The translations under genes and the position numbers were made by a program. The notes below the pieces were generated by a model. The model was not told the DNA's origin and did not search any database. It worked only from the letters and a program-made list of their open reading frames with translations. A stretch of 64,000 bases of DNA from Antedon mediterranea (Eukaryota > Animalia > Echinodermata), in assembly GCF_964355755.1 (NCBI RefSeq), contig NC_092675.1, positions 13,860,912 through 13,924,911 on the forward strand. The letters run 5' to 3'. Positions 28,501 to 43,329 of the stretch are shown here, one piece after another (position 1 is the stretch's first letter; each line of letters begins with the position of its first letter).

Positions 28501-31500
28501 ACAAAACTTTTTCACACAAAACACCAAAGTGCTTAGAATAGCTTCAAATCGCATTTGGAGACGTTTTAGACCATTTTGTGATTTTTGAAAAAACTTGTTA
28601 ACATAAAAACACCAAAGTGCTTAGAATAGCTTCAAATCACATTTGGAGACGTTTTAGACCATTTTGTGATTTTCGAAAAAACTTGTTAACATAAAAACAC
28701 GAAAGTGCTTAGAATAGCTTCAAATCGCATTTGGAAACGTTTTAGACCATTTTGTGATTTTCGAAAAAACTTGTTAACATAAAAACACGAAAGTGCTTAG
28801 AATAGCTTCAAATCGCATTTGGAAACGTTTTAGACCATTTTGTGATTTTCGAAAAAAATTGTTAACATAAAAACACCAAAGTGTTTAGAATAGCTTCAAA
28901 TCGCATTTGGAGAAGTTTTAGACCAATTTGTGATTTTCGAAAAAACTTATCAACATAAAAACACCAAAGGGTTTAGAATAGCTTCAAATCGCATTTGGAG
29001 ACGTTTTAGACCATTTTGTGATTTTCGAAAAAACTTGTTAACATAAAAACACGAAACTGCTTAGAATAGCTTCAAATCGCATTTGGAAACGTTTTAGACC
29101 ATTTTGTGATTTTCGAAAAAACTTGTTAACATAAAAACATGAAAGTGCTTAGAATAGCTTCAAATCGTATTTGGAGACGTTTTAGACCATTTTGTGATTT
29201 TCGAAAAAAAATTGTTAACATAAAAACACCAAAGTGCTTAGAATAGCTTCAAATCGCATTTGGAGACGTTTTAGACCATTTTGTGCATTTCGATGAAACT
29301 TGGTTACACAAAAACATCAAAGTGCTTAAAATCACATTATAAACCATTTTAGACCATTTTGAGCATTTCGATAACACTTTTCACACAAAAACATCAAAGA
29401 GCACAAAATAGCTTAATATCGTATTTAAAAACGTTTTAGACCATTTTGAGCATTTCGACAAAACTTTTTCACACAAAACACCAAAGTGCTTAGAATAGCT
29501 TCAAATCGCATTTGGAGACGTTTTAGACCATTTTGTGATTTTCGAAAAAACTTGTTAACATAAAAACATCAAAGTGTACAGAATAACTTCAAATCGCATT
29601 TGGAGACCGTTTTAGGCCAATTTGTGATTTTCGAAAAAACTTGTTAACCTAAAAATACCAAAGTGTTTAGAATAGCTTCAAATCGCATTTGGAGACGTTT
29701 TAGACCATTTTGTGATTTTCGAAAAAACTTGTTAACATAAAAACACCAAAGTGCTTCAAATCGCATTTGGAGACATTTTAGACCAATTTGTGATTTTTGA
29801 AAAAACTTGTCAACATAAAAACACCAAAGTGTTTAGAATAGCTTCAAATCGCATTTGGAGACGTTTTAGACCATTTTGTGATTTTGAAAAAACTTGTTAA
29901 CACAAAAACATCAAAGTGCTTAAAATCACATTATAAACCGTTTTAGACCATTTTGAGCATTTCGATAACACTTTTCACACAAAAACATCAAAGAGCACAA
30001 AATAGCTTAATATCGTATTTAAAAACGTTTTAGACCATTTTGAGCATTTCGACAAAACTTTTTCACACAAAACACCAAAGTGCTTAGAATAGCTTCAAAT
30101 CGCATTTGGAGACGTTTTAGACCAATTTGTGCATTTCGATGAAACTTGATTACACAAAAACACCAAAGTGCTTAAAATCACATTATAAACCGTTTTAGAC
30201 CATTTTGAGCATTTCGATAACACTTTTCACACAAAAACATCAAAGAGCACAAAATAGCTTAATATCGTATTTAAAAACGTTTTAGACCATTTTGAGCATT
30301 TAGACAAAACTTTTTCACACAAAACACCAAAGTGCTTAGAATAGCTTCAAATCGCATTTGGAGACGTTTTAGACCATTTTGTGATTTTCGAAAAAACTTG
30401 TTAACATAAAAACACGAAAGTGCTTAGAATAGCTTCAAATCGCATTTGGAAACGTTTTATTCCATTTTGTGATTTTCGAAAAAAATTGTTAACATAAAAA
30501 CACCAAAGTGCTTAGAATCACATTATAAACCGTTTTAGACCATTTTGAGCATTTCGATAACAATTTTCACACAAAAACATCAAAGAGCACAAAATAGCTT
30601 AATATCGTATTTAAAAATGTTTTAGACCATTTTGAGCATTTAGAAAAAACTTTTTCACACAAAACACCAAAGTGCTTAGAATAGCTTCAAATCGCATTTG
30701 GAGACGGTTTAGACCATTTTGTGATTTTGAAAAAACTTGTTAACATAAAAACACCAAAGTGCTTAGAATAGCTTCAAATCGAATTTGGAGACGTTTTAGA
30801 CCATTTTGTGATTTTCGAAAAAACTTGTTAACATAAAAACACCAAAGTGCTTAGAATAGCTTCAAATCACATTTGGAGACGTTTTAGACCATTTTGTGAT
30901 TTTTGAAAAAACTTGTTAACATAAAAACACGAAAGTGCTTAGAATAGCTTCAAATCACATTTGGAGACGTTTTAGACCATTTTGTGATTTTCGAAAAAGA
31001 TTGTTAACATAAAAACACCAAAGTGCTTAGAATCACATTATAAACCGTTTTAGACCATTTTGAGCATTTCAATAACAATTTTCACACAAAAACATCAAAG
31101 AGCACAAAATAGCTTAATATCGTATTTAAAAATGTTTTAGACCATTTTGAGCATTTAGATAAAACTTTTTCACACAAAACACCAAAGTGCTTAGAATAGC
31201 TTCAAATCGAATTTGGAGACAGTTTAGACCATTTTGTGATTTTGAAAAAACTTGTTAACATAAAAACACCAAAGTGCTTAGAATAGCTTCAAATTGCATT
31301 TGGAGACGTTTTAGACCATTTTGTGATTTTCGAAAAAACTTGTTAACATAAAAACACCAAAGTGCTTAGAATAGCTTAAAATCGTATTTGGAGACGTTTT
31401 AGACCATTTTGAGATTTTCGAAAAAACTTGGTTACACAAAAACATCAAAGTGCTTAAAATCACATTATAAACCGTTTTAGACCATTTTGAGCATTTCGAT

Positions 31501-33840
31501 AACACTTTTCACACAAAAACATCAAAGAGCACAAAATAGCTTAATATCGTATTTAAAAACGTTTTAGACCATTTTGAGCATTTCGACAAAACTTTTTCAC
31601 ACAAAACACCAAAGTGCTTAGAATAGCTTCAAATCGCATTTGGAGACGTTTTAGACCATTTTGTGATTTTCGAAAAAACTTGTTAACATAAAAACATCAA
31701 AGTGTACAGAATAACTTCAAATCGCATTTGGAGACCGTTTTAGGCCAATTTGTGATTTTCGAAAAAACTTGTTAACCTAAAAATACCAAAGTGTTTAGAA
31801 TAGCTTCAAATCGCATTTGGAGACGTTTTAGACCATTTTGTGATTTTCGAAAAAACTTCTTAACATAAAAACACCAAAGTGCTTCAAATCGCATTTGGAG
31901 ACATTTTAGACCAATTTGTGATTTTTGAAAAAACTTGTTAACATAAAAACACCAAAGTGCTTACAATAGCTTCAAATCGTATTTGGAGACGTTTTAGACC
32001 ATTTTGTGATTTTCGAAAAAACTTGTTAACATAAAAACACCAAAGTACTTAGAATAGCTTCAAATCGCATTTGGAGACGTTTTAGACCATTTTATGCATT
32101 TCGATGAAACTTGGTTACACAAAAACATCAAAGTGCTTAAAATCACATTATAATCCGTTTTAGACCATTTTGAGCATTTCGATAACACTTTTCACACAAA
32201 AACATCAAAGAGCACAAAATAGCTTAATATCGTATTTAAAAACGTTTTAGACCATTTTGAGCATTTCGACAAAACTTTTTCACACAAAACACCAAAGTGC
32301 TTAGAATAGCTTCAAATCGCATTTGGAGACGTTTTAGACCATTTTGTGATTTTCGAAAAAAATTGTTAACATAAAAAAATAAAAGTGTACAGAATAGCTT
32401 CAAATCGCATTTGGAGACCGTTTTAGGCCAATTTGTGATTTTCGAAAAAACTTGTTAACCTAAAAATACCAAAGTGTTTAGAATAGCTTCAAATCGCATT
32501 TGGAGACCTTTTAGACCATTTTGTGATTTTCGAAAAAACTTGTTAACATAAAAACACCAAAGTGCTTAGAATAGCTTCAAATCGCATTTGGAGACATTTT
32601 AGACCAATTTGTGATTTTCGAAAAAACTTGTCAACATAAAAACACCAAAGTGTTTAGAATAGCTTCAAATCGCATTTGGAGACGTTTTAGACCTATTTGT
32701 GATTTTCGAAAAAACTTATCAACATAAAAACACCAAAGGGTTTAGAATATCTTCAAATCGCATTTGGAGACGTTTTAGACCATTTTGTGATTTTCGAAAA
32801 AACTTGTTAACATAAAAACACCAAAGTGCTTAGAATAGCTTCAAATCGCATTTGGAGACGTTTTAGACCAATTTGTGATTTTCGAAAAAACTTATCAACA
32901 TAAAAACACCAAAGGGTTTAGAATAGCTTCAAATCGCATTTGGAGACGTTTTAGACCATTTTGTGATTTTGAAAAAACTTGTTAACACAAAAACATCACA
33001 GTGCTTAAAATCACATTATAAACCGTTTTAGACCATTTTGAGCATTTCGATAACACTTTTCACACAAAAACATCAAAGAGCACAAAATAGCTTAATATCG
33101 TATTTAAAAACGTTTTAGACCATTTTGAGCATTTCGACAAAACTTTTTCACACAAAACACCAAAGTGCTTAGAATAGCTTCAAATTGCATTTGGAGACGT
33201 TTTAGACCAATTTGTGCATTTCGATGAAACTTGATTACACAAAAACATCAAAGTGCTTAAAATCACATCATAAACCGTTTTAGACCATTTTTTAGCATTT
33301 CGATAACACTTTTCACACAAAAACATCAAAGAGCACAAAATAGCTTAATATCGTATTTAAAAACGTTTTAGACCATTTTGAGCATTTCGACAAAACTTTT
33401 TCACACAAAACACCAAAGTGCTTAGAATAGCTTCAAATCGCATTTGGAGACGTTTTAGACCATTTTGTGCATTTCGATGAAACTTGGTTACACAAAAACA
33501 TCAAAGTGCTTAAAATCACATTATAAATCGTTTTAGACCATTTTGAGCATTTCGACAAAACTTTTTCACACCAAATACCAAAGTGCTTAGAATAGCTTCA
33601 AATCGCATTTCGAGACGTTTTAGACCATTTTGTGATTTTCGAAAAAACTTTTTAACATAAAAACACCAAAGTGCTTAGAATAGCTTCAAATCACATTTGG
33701 AGACATTTTAGACCATTTTGTGATTTTCGAAAAAACTTGTTAACATAAAAACACGAAAGTGCTTAGAATAGCTTCAAATCGCATTTGGAAACGTTTTAGA
33801 CCATTTTGTGATTTTCGAAAAAAATTGTTAACATAAAAAC
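22539..33840 (+). repeat. Head-to-tail duplication of a roughly 5.5-kb block (about 22539-28361 and 28362-33840)
   Basis: Markers CGAAACTGC (23923/29052) and the ORFs at 26182/31311 are offset by 5129. CATCACAGTGC (27513/32994) is offset by 5481. CACACCAAATACC occurs at about 28085 and 33567. Confidence 0.88.
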
Positions 33841-36800
33841 ACCAAAGTGCTTAGAATCACATTATAAACCGTTTTAGACCATTTTGAGCATTTCGATAAC
33901 AATTTTCACACAAAAACATCAAAGAGCACAAAATAGCTTAATATCGTATTTAAAAATGTTTTAGACCATTTTGAGCATTTAGATAAAACTTTTTCACACA
34001 AAACACCAAAGTGCTTAGAATAGCTTCAAATCGCATTTGGAGACGTTTTAGACCATTTTGTGATTTTTGAAAAAAACTTGTTAACATAAAAACACCAAAG
34101 TGCTTAGAATAGCTTCAAATCGCATTTGGAGACGTTTTAGACCATTTTGTGATTTTCGAAAAAACTTGTTAACATAAAAACACCAAAGTGCTTAGAATAG
34201 CTTCAAATCGTATTTGGAGACGTTTTAGACCATTTTGAGATTTTCGAAAAAACTTCGTTACACAAAAACATCAAAGTGCTTAAAATCACATTATAAACCG
34301 TTTTAGACCATTTTGAGCATTTCGATAACACTTTTGACACAAAAACATCAAAGAGCACAAAATAGCTTAATATCGTATTTAAAAACGTTTTAGACCATTT
34401 TGAGCATTTCGACAAAACTTTTTCACACAAAACACCAAAGTGCTTAGAATAGCTTCAAATCGCATTTGGAGACGTTTTAGACCAATTTGTGCATTTCGAT
34501 GAAACTTGATTACACAAAAACATCAAAGTGCTTAAAATCACATTATAAACCGTTTTAGACCATTTTGAGCATTTCGATAACACTTTTCACACAAAAACAT
34601 CAAAGAGCACAAAATAGCTTAATATCGTATTTAAAAAAGTTTTAGACCATTTTGAGCATTTAGACAAAACTTTTTCACACAAAACACCAAAGTGCTTAGA
34701 ATAGCTTCAAATCGCATTTGGAGACGTTTTAGACCATTTTGTGCATTTCGATGGAACTTGGTTACACAAAAACATCAAAGTGCTTAAAATCACATTATAA
34801 ATCGTTTTAGACCATTTTGAGCATTTCGACAAAACTTTTTCACACAAAATACAAAAGTGCTTAGAATAGCTTCAAATCGCATTTGGAGACGTTTGAGACC
34901 ATTTTGTGATTTTCGAAAAAACTTTTTAACATAAAAACACCAAAGTGCTTAGAATAGCTTCAAATCACATTTGGAGACGTTTTAGACCATTTTGTGATTT
35001 TCGAAAAAACTTGTTAACATAAAAACACGAAAGTGCTTAGAATAGCTTCAAATCGCATTTAGAAACGTTTTAGACCATTTTGTGATTTTCGAAAAAAATT
35101 GTTAACATAAAAACACCAAAGTGCTAAGAATCACATTATAAACCGTTTTAGATCATTTTGAGCATTTCGATAACAATTTTCACACAAAAACATCAAAGAG
35201 CACAAAATAGCTTAATATCGTATTTAAAAATGTTTTAGACCATTTTGAGCATTTAGATAAAACTTTTTCACACAAAACACCAAAGTGCTTAGAATAGCTT
35301 CAAATCGCATTTGGAGACGTTTTAGACCAATTTGTGATTTTTGAAAAAACTTGTTAACATAAAAACACCAAAGTGCTTAGAATAGCTTCAAATCACATTT
35401 GGAGACGTTTTAGACCATTTTGTGATTTTGAACAAACTTGTTAACATAAAAACACCAAAGTGCTTAGAATAGCTTCAAATCGCATTTGGAGACCTTTTAG
35501 ACCATTTTGTGATTTTGAACAAACTTGTTAACATAAAAACACCAAAGTGCTTAGAATAGCTTCAAATCGCATTTGGAGACGTTTTAGACCATTTTGTGAT
35601 TTTCGAAAAAACTTGTTAACATAAAAACACCAAAGTGCTTAGAATAGCTTCAAATCGTATTTGGAGACGTTTTAGACCATTTTGAGATTTTCGAAAAAAC
35701 TTGGTTACACAAAAACATCAAAGTGCTTAAAATCACATTATAAACCGTTTTAGACCATTTTGAGCATTTCGATAACACTTTTCACACAAAAACATCAAAG
35801 AGCACAAAATAGCTTAATATCGTATTTAAAAACGTTTTAGACCATTTTGAGCATTTAGACAAAACTTTTTCACACAAAACACCAAAGTGCTTAGAATAGC
35901 TTCAAATCGCATTTGGAGACGTTTTAGACCATTTTGTGCATTTCGATGAAACTTGGTTACACAAAAACATAAATCGTTTTAGACCATTTTGAGCATTTCG
36001 ACAAAACTTTTTCACACAAAATACCAAAGTGCTTAGAATAGCTTCAAATCACATTTGGAGACATTTTAGACCATTTTGTGATTTTCGAAAAAACTTGTTA
36101 ACATAAAAACACGAAAGTGCTTAGAATATCTTCAAATCGCATTTGGAAACGTTTTAGACCATTTTGTGATTTTCGAAAAAAATTGTTAACATAAAAACAC
36201 CAAAGTGCTTAGAATCACATTATAAACCGTTTTAGACCATTTTGAGCATTTCGATAACAATTTTCACACAAAAACATCAAAGAGCACAAAATAGCTTAAT
36301 ATCGTATTTAAAAATGTTTTAGACCATTTTGAGCATTTAGATAAAACTTTTTCACACAAAACACCAAAGTCCTTAGAATAGCTTCAAATCGCATTTGGAG
36401 ACGTTTTAGACCATTTTGTGATTTTTTAAAAAACTTGTTAACATAAAAACACCAAAGTGCTTAGAATAGCTTCAAATCACATTTGGAGACGTTTTAGACC
36501 ATTTTGTGATTTTCGAAAAAACTTTTTAACATAAAAACACCAAAGTGCTTAGAATAGCTTCAAATCACATTTGGAGACGTTTTAGACCATTTTGTGATTT
36601 TTGAAAAAACTTGTTAACATAAAAACACGAAAGTGCTTAGAATAGCTTCAAATCGCATTTGAAAACGTTTTAGACCATTTTGTGATTTTCGAAAAAGATT
36701 GTTAACATAAAAACACCAAAGTGCTTAGAATCACATTATAAACCGTTTTAGACCATTTTGAGCATTTCGATAACAATTTTCACACAAAAACATCAAAGAG

Positions 36801-39800
36801 CACAAAATAGCTTAATATCGTATTTAAAAATGTTTTAGACCATTTTGAGCATTTAGATAAAACTTTTTCACACAAAACACCAAAGTGCTTAGAATAGCTT
36901 CAAATCGCATTTTGAGACGGTTTAGACCATTTTGTGATTTTGAAAAAACTTGTTAACATAAAAACACCAAAGTGCTTAGAATAGCTTCAAATCGCATTTG
37001 GAGACGTTTTAGACCATTTTGTGATTTTCGAAAAAACTTGTTAACATAAAAACACCAAAGTGCTTAGAATAGCTTCAAATCGTATTTGGAGACGTTTTAG
37101 ACCATTTTGAGATTTTCGAAAAAACTTGGTTACACAAAAACATCAAAGTGCTTAAAATCACATTATAAACCGTTTTAGACCATTTTGATAACACTTTTCA
37201 CACAAAAACATCAAAGAGCACAAAATAGCTTAATATCGTATTTAAAAACGTTTTAGACCATTTTGAGCATTTCGACAAAACTTTTTTACACAAAACACCA
37301 AAGTGCTTAGAATAGCTTAAAATCGCATTTGGAGACGTTTTAGACCAATTTGTGCATTTCGATGAAACTTGATTACACAAAAACATCAAAGTGCTTAAAA
37401 TCACATTATAAACCGTTTTAGACCATTTTGAGCATTTCGATAACACTTTTCACACAAAAACATCAAAGAGCACAAAATAGCTTAATATCGTATTTAAAAA
37501 CGTTTTAGACCATTTTGAGCATTTAGACAAAACTTTTTCACACTAAACACCAAAGTGCTTAGAATAGCTTCAAATCGCATTTGGAGACGTTTTAGACCAT
37601 TTTGTGCATTTCGATGAAACTTGGTTACACAAAAACATCAAAGTGCTTAAAATCACATTATAAATCGTTTTAGACCATTTTGAGCATTTCGACAAAACTT
37701 TTTCACACAAAATACCAAAGTGCTCAGAATAGCTTCAAATCGCATTTGGAGACGTTTTAGACCATTTTGTGATTTTCGAAAAAACTTTTTAACATAAAAA
37801 CACCAAAGTGCTTAGAATAGCTTCAAATCACATTTGGAGACGTTTTAGACCATAAGTGCTTAGAATCACATTATAAACCGTTTTAGACCATTTTGAGCAT
37901 TTCGATAACAATTTTAACACAAAAACATCAAAGAGCACAAAATAGCTTAATATCGTATTTAAAAATGTTTTAGACCATTTTGAGCATTTAGATAAAACTT
38001 TTTCACACAAAACACCAAAGTGCTTAGAATAGCTTCAAATCGCATTTGGAGACGTTTTAGACCAATTTGTGATTTTTGAAAAAACTTGTTAACATAAAAA
38101 CACCAAAGTGCTTAGAATAGCTTCAAATCACATTTGGAGACGTTTTAGACCATTTTGTGATTTTGAACAAACTTGTTAACATAAAAACACCAAAGTGCTT
38201 AGAATAGCTTCAAATCGCATTTGGAGACGTTTTAGACCATTTTGTGATTTTCGAAAAAACTTGTTAACATAAAAACACCAAAGTGCTTAGAATAGCTTCA
38301 AATCGTATTTGGAGACGTTTTAGACCATTTTGAGATTTTCGAAAAAACTTGGTTACACAAAAACATCAAAGTGCTTAAAATCACATTATAAACCGTTTTA
38401 GACCATTTTGAGCATTTCGATAACACTTTTCACATCAAAGAGCACAAAATAGCTTAATATCGTATTTAAAAACGTTTTAGACCATTTTGAGCATTTAGAC
38501 AAAACTTTTTCACACAAAACACCAAAGTGCTTAGAATAGCTTCAAATCGCATTTGGAGACGTTTTAGACCATTTTGTGCATTTCGATGAAACTTGGTTAC
38601 ACAAAAACATCAAAGTGCTTAAAATCACATTATAAATCGTTTTAGACCAGTTTGAGCATTTCGACAAAACTTTTTCACACAAAATACCAAAGTGCTTAGA
38701 ATAGCTTCAAATCGCATTTCGAGACGTTTTAGACCATTTTGTGATTTTCGAAAAAACTTTTTAACATAAAAACACCAAAGTGCTTAGAATAGCTTCAAAT
38801 CACATTTGGAGACGTTTTAGACCATAAGTGCTTAGAATCACATTATAAACCGTTTTAGACCATTTTGAGCATTTCGATAACAATTTTCACACAAAAACAT
38901 CAAAGAGCACAAAATAGCTTAATATCGTATTTAAAAATGTTTTAGACCATTTTGAGCATTTAGATAAAACTTTTTCACACAAAACACCAAAGTGCTTAGA
39001 ATAGCTTCAAATCACATTTGGAGACGTTTTAGACCATTTTGTGATTTTCGAAAAAACTTGTTAACATAAAAACACGAAAGTGCTTAGAATAGCTTCAAAT
39101 CGCATTTGGAAACGTTTAAGACCATTTAGTAATTTTCGAAAAAAACTTGTTAACATAAAAACACGAAAGTGCTTAGAATAGCTTCAAATCGCATTTGGAA
39201 ACGTTTTAGACCATTTTGTGATTTTCGAAAAAAATTGTTAACATAAAAACACCAAAGTGTTTAGAATAGCTTCAAATCGCATTTGGAGACGTTTTAGACC
39301 AATTTGTGATTTTCGAAAAAACTTATCAACATAAAAACACCAAAGGGTTTAGAATAGCTTCAAATCGCATTTGGAGACGTTTTAGACCATTTTGTGATTT
39401 TCGAAAAAACTTGTTAACATAAAAACACGAAAGTGCTTAGAATAGCTTCAAATCGCATTTGGAAACGTTTTAGACCATTTTGTGATTTTCGAAAAAACTT
39501 GTTAACATAAAAACATGAAAGTGCTTAGAATAGCTTCAAATCGTATTTGGAGACGTTTTAGACCATTTTGTGATTTTCGAAAAAACTTGTTAACATAAAA
39601 ACACCAAAGTGCTTAGAATAGCTTCAAATCGCATTTGGAGACGTTTTAGACCATTTTGTGCATTTCGATGAAACTTGGTTACACAAAAACATCAAAGTGC
39701 TTAAAATCACATTATAAACCATTTTAGACCATTTTGAGCATTTCGATAACACTTTTCACACAAAAACATCAAAGAGCACAAAATAGCTTAATATCGTATT

Positions 39801-42800
39801 TAAAAACGTTTTAGACCATTTTGAGCATTTAGACAAAACTTTTTCACACAAAACTCCAAAGTGCTTAGAATAGCTTCAAATCGCATTTGGAGACGTTTTA
39901 GAACATTTTGTGTTTTTCGAAAAAACCTGTTAACATAAAAACACCAAAGTGCTTAGAATAGCTTCAAATCGCATTTGGAGACTATTTAGACCATTTTGTG
40001 ATTTTTGAAAAAACTTGTTAACATAAAAACACGAAAGTGCTTAGAATAGCTTCAAATCGCATTTGGAAACGTTTTAGACCATTTTGTGATTTTCGAAAAA
40101 GATTGTTAACATAAAAACACCAATGTGCTTAGAATCACATTATACACCGTTTTAGACCATTTTGAGCATTTCGATAACAATTTTCACACAAAAACATCAA
40201 AGGGCACAAAATAGCTTAATATCGTATTTAAAAATGTTTTAGACCATTTTGAGCATTTAGATAAAACTTTTTCACACAAAACACCAAAGTGCTTAGAATA
40301 GCTTCAAATCGCATTTGGAGACGGTTTAGAACATTTTGTGATTTTGAAAAAACTTGTTAACATAAAAACACCAAAGTGCTTAGAATAGCTTCAAATCGCA
40401 TTTGGAGACGTTTTAGACCATTTTGTGATTTTCGAAAAAACTTGTTAACATAAAAACACCAAAGTGCTTAGAATAGCTTCAAATCGTATTTGGAAACGTT
40501 TTAGACCATTTTGAGATTTTCGAAAAAACTTGGTTACACAAAAACATCAAAGTGCTTAAAATCACATTATAAACCGTTTTAGACCATTTTGAGCATTTCG
40601 ATAACACTTTTCACATAAAAACATCAAAGAGCACAAAATAGCTTAATATCGTATTTAAAAACGTTTTAGACCATTTTGAGCATTTCGACAAAACTTTTTC
40701 ACACAAAACACCAAAGTGCTTAGAATAGCTTCAAATCGCATTTGGAGACGTTTTAGACCAATTTGTGCATTTCGATGAAACTTGATTACACAAAAACATC
40801 AAAGTGCTTAAAATCACATTATAAACCGTTTTAGACCATTTTGAGCATTTCGATAACACTTTTCACACAAAAACATCAAAGAGCACAAAATAGCTTAATA
40901 TCGTATTTAAAAACGTTTTAGACCATGATTTTCGAAAAAACTTGTTAACATAAAAACACCAAAGTGCTTAGAATAGCTTCAAATCACATTTGGAGACGTT
41001 TTAGACCAATTTGTGATTTTCGAAAAAACTTATCAACATAAAAACACCAAAGGGCTTAGAATAGCTTCAAATCGCATTTGGAGACTATTTAGACCATTTT
41101 GTGATTTTTGAAAAAACTTGTTAACATAAAAACACGAAAGTGCTTAGAATAGCTTCAAATCGCATTTGGAAACGTTTTATTCCATTTTGTGATTTTCGAA
41201 AAAGATTGTTAACATAAAAACACCAATGTGCTTAGAATCACATTATAAACCGTTTTAGACAATTTTGAGCATTTCGATAACAATTTTCACACAAAAACAT
41301 CAAAGAGCACAAAATAGCTTAATATCGTATTTAAAAATGTTTTAGACCATTTTGAGCATTTAGATAAAACTTTTTCACACAAAACACCAAAGTGCTTAGA
41401 ATAGCTTCAAATCGCATTTGGAGACGGTTTAGAACATTTTGTGATTTTGAAAAAACTTGTTAACATAAAAACACCAAAGTGCTTAGAATAGCTTCAAATC
41501 ACATTTGGAGACGTTTTAGACCATTTTGTGATTTTCGAAAAAACTTGTTAACATAAAAACACCAAAGTGCTTAGAATAGCTTCAAATCGTATTTGGAGAC
41601 GTTTTAGACCATTTTGAGATTTTCGAAAAAACTTGGTTACACAAAAACATCAAAGTGCTTAAAATCACATTATAAACCGTTTTAGACCATTTTGAGCATT
41701 TCGATAACACTTTTCACACAAAAACATCAAAGAGCACAAAATAGCTTAATATCGTATTTAAAAACGTTTTAGACCATTTTGAGCATTTCGACAAAACTTT
41801 TTCACACAAAACACCAAAGTGCTTAGAATAGCTTCAAATCGCATTTGGAGACGTTTTAGACCAATTTGTGCATTTCGATGAAACTTGATTACACAAAAAC
41901 ATCAAAGTGCTTAAAATCACATTATAAACCGTTTTAGACCATTTTGAGCATTTCGATAACACTTTTCACACAAAAACATCAAAGAGCACAAAATAGCTTA
42001 ATATCGTATTTAAAAACGTTTTAGACCATTTTGAGCATTTAGACAAAACTTTTTCACACAAAACACCAAAGTGCTTAGAATAGCTTCAAATCGCATTTGG
42101 AGACGTTTTAGACCATGTTGTGCATTTCGATGAAACTTGGTTACACAAAAACATCAAAGTGCTTAAAATCACATTATAAATCGTTTTAGACCATTTTGAG
42201 CATTTCGACAAAACTTTTTCACACAAAATACCAAAGTGCTTAGAATAGCTTCAAATCGCATTTGGAGACGTTTTAGACCATTTTGTGATTTTCGAAAAAA
42301 CTTTTTAACATAAAAACACCAAAGTGCTTAGAATAGCTTCAAATCACATTTGGAGACGTTTTAGACCATTTTGTGATTTTCGAAAAAACTTGTTAACATA
42401 AAAACACGAAAGTGCTTAGAATAGCTTCAAATCGCATTTGGAAACGTTTTAGACCATTTTGTGATTTTCGAAAAAAATTGTTAACATAAAAACACCAAAG
42501 TGCTTAGAATCACATTATAAACCGTTTTAGACCATTTTGAGCATTTCGATAACAATTTTCACACAAAAACATCAAAGAGCACAAAATAGCTTAATATCGT
42601 ATTTAAAAATGTTTTAGACACAAAAACATCAAAGTGCTTAAAATCACATTATAAATCGTTTTAGACCATTTTGAGCATTTCGATAACACTTTTCACACAA
42701 AAACATCAAAGAGCACAAAATAGCTTAATATCTTATTTAAAAACGTTTTAGACCATTTTGAGCATTTAGACAAAACTTTTTCACACAAAACACCAAAGTG

Positions 42801-43329
42801 CTTAGAATAGCTTCAAATCGCATTCGGAGACGTTTTAGACCATTTTGTGATTTTCAAAAAAACTTGTTAACATAAAAACACCAAAGTGCTTAGAATAGCT
42901 TCAAATCGTATTTGGAGACGTTTTAGACCATTTTGTGATTTTCGAAAAAACTTGTTAACATAAAAACACCAAAGTGCTTAGAATAGCTTCAAATCGCATT
43001 TGGAGACATTTTAGACCAATTTGTGATTTTCGAAAAAAACTTGTTAACATAAAAACACCAAAGTGTTTAGAATAGCTTCAAATCGCATTTGGAGACGTTT
43101 TAGACCAATTTGTGATTTTCGAAAAAACTTATCAACATAAAAACACCAAAGGGTTTAGAATAGCTTCAAATCGCATTTTGAGACGTTTTAGACCATTTTG
43201 TGATTTTCGAAAAAACTTGTTAACATAAAAACACGAAAGTGCTTAGAATAGCTTCAAATCGCATTTGGAAACGTTTTAGACCATTTTGTGATTTTCGAAA
43301 AAACTTGTTAACATAAAAACACGAAAGTG

